Shown piece after piece: positions 63,354 through 64,000 of a stretch of DNA of 64,000 nt. Origin of the DNA: Yuukianura sp. NJ FZ-2021. Its lineage: Eukaryota. The notes beneath the pieces are model-generated. The model saw only the letters and a program-made list of their open reading frames with translations. It had not been told where the DNA came from and ran no database searches. The position numbers and the translations under genes were made by a program. How positions within the stretch are numbered: position 1 is the first letter of the stretch; each line of letters opens with the position of its first letter. The stretch lies in assembly GCA_046563655.1 (NCBI GenBank), contig CM102287.1, forward strand, positions 3,534,001 through 3,598,000. The letters run 5' to 3'.

Positions 63354-64000
63354 TAAAAGGTCCGTTTAGCTTTTTCGGTTTTTCGGACAGTTTGTGACGA
63401 AAGTTGAAAACGTGTAATTAATTAATTACTATTTGTGAGCGACTCAATTAGACTTTTATAGACTGCGTACTTTGAATCAATTTTGGAAGGTGTGGTTGAA
63501 TATGGAGAAGAATTTCCATTGTAACTAATAATACAGTAGAGGACGACAGTTTTTTTCTTCAAAATTTTAAAATCAGTGAGAGTGAATCATGGAAGTGAAA
63601 TTGGAGCATGATTCAACAGAGATGCAAGAGACAAATTACTGTGTAAGATTATAATGGATTGGCGTGTGAGTCACTTTTTCCAAGAAAAGCAAGCCGAAGA
63701 CATAGAATGTGCAAATTAAACTTGAACAAGAAAATTTAGGAGAGAATTTGCCAAGAAAAAGTGTCACAGAAATTAGCACTTCATTGTTATGAAAAAAGAG
63801 TCAAGAAAAAAGGATTCTGAAAAATCTAAATTCAAAATAAGCCAGAAACTTGAAATTCTGATCCGTTGAGTTGGAACATTTCAGAAAAATGTTATGCGGA
63901 AAAGAATTTGAGAACAAAATGTTGACTGTGCGTGTTTTTTATTTTTCCTTTCACTCAAGCCTTAAATGTCCCAGAATTTTATTTCTTTTCACATTTTTCA

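Overview
Eukaryotic genomic DNA with compact spliceosomal introns, most about 55-130 nt. It is probably an arthropod; a springtail such as Folsomia is plausible from the divergent intronless ionotropic receptor and the intron style, but this is inference only. The left half (1-33.7 kb) is a dense block of conserved multi-exon genes: VPS72/YL1 (-), BZW/krasavietz (+, with two paralogous H/ACA-like RNAs in its introns), TTC21B/IFT139 (+, with an RFX X-box), TMEM94 (+), a single-domain ACE (-), SAC3D1 (-) and a probably non-inhibitory serpin (-). Many introns there carry A/T-tract runs and TGACCT(T) repeats. 34-47.3 kb is an accessory island. It holds an orphan ORF, an orphan C2H2 gene with a young IS3EU-like foldback element in an intron, and a ~6 kb palindromic 31/62-bp higher-order satellite. 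Helentron-type elements sit at the same monomer position in that satellite twice, and a hAT-like cargo element follows. 49.5-55.7 kb holds convergent CAML-like and ARMC6-like genes apparently truncated at one junction, a frameshifted divergent IR and a VWA5A-like C-terminal fragment. 56.6-63.4 kb is a nest of MITEs. Exon structures were inferred by eye, and some frameshifts may be assembly errors.
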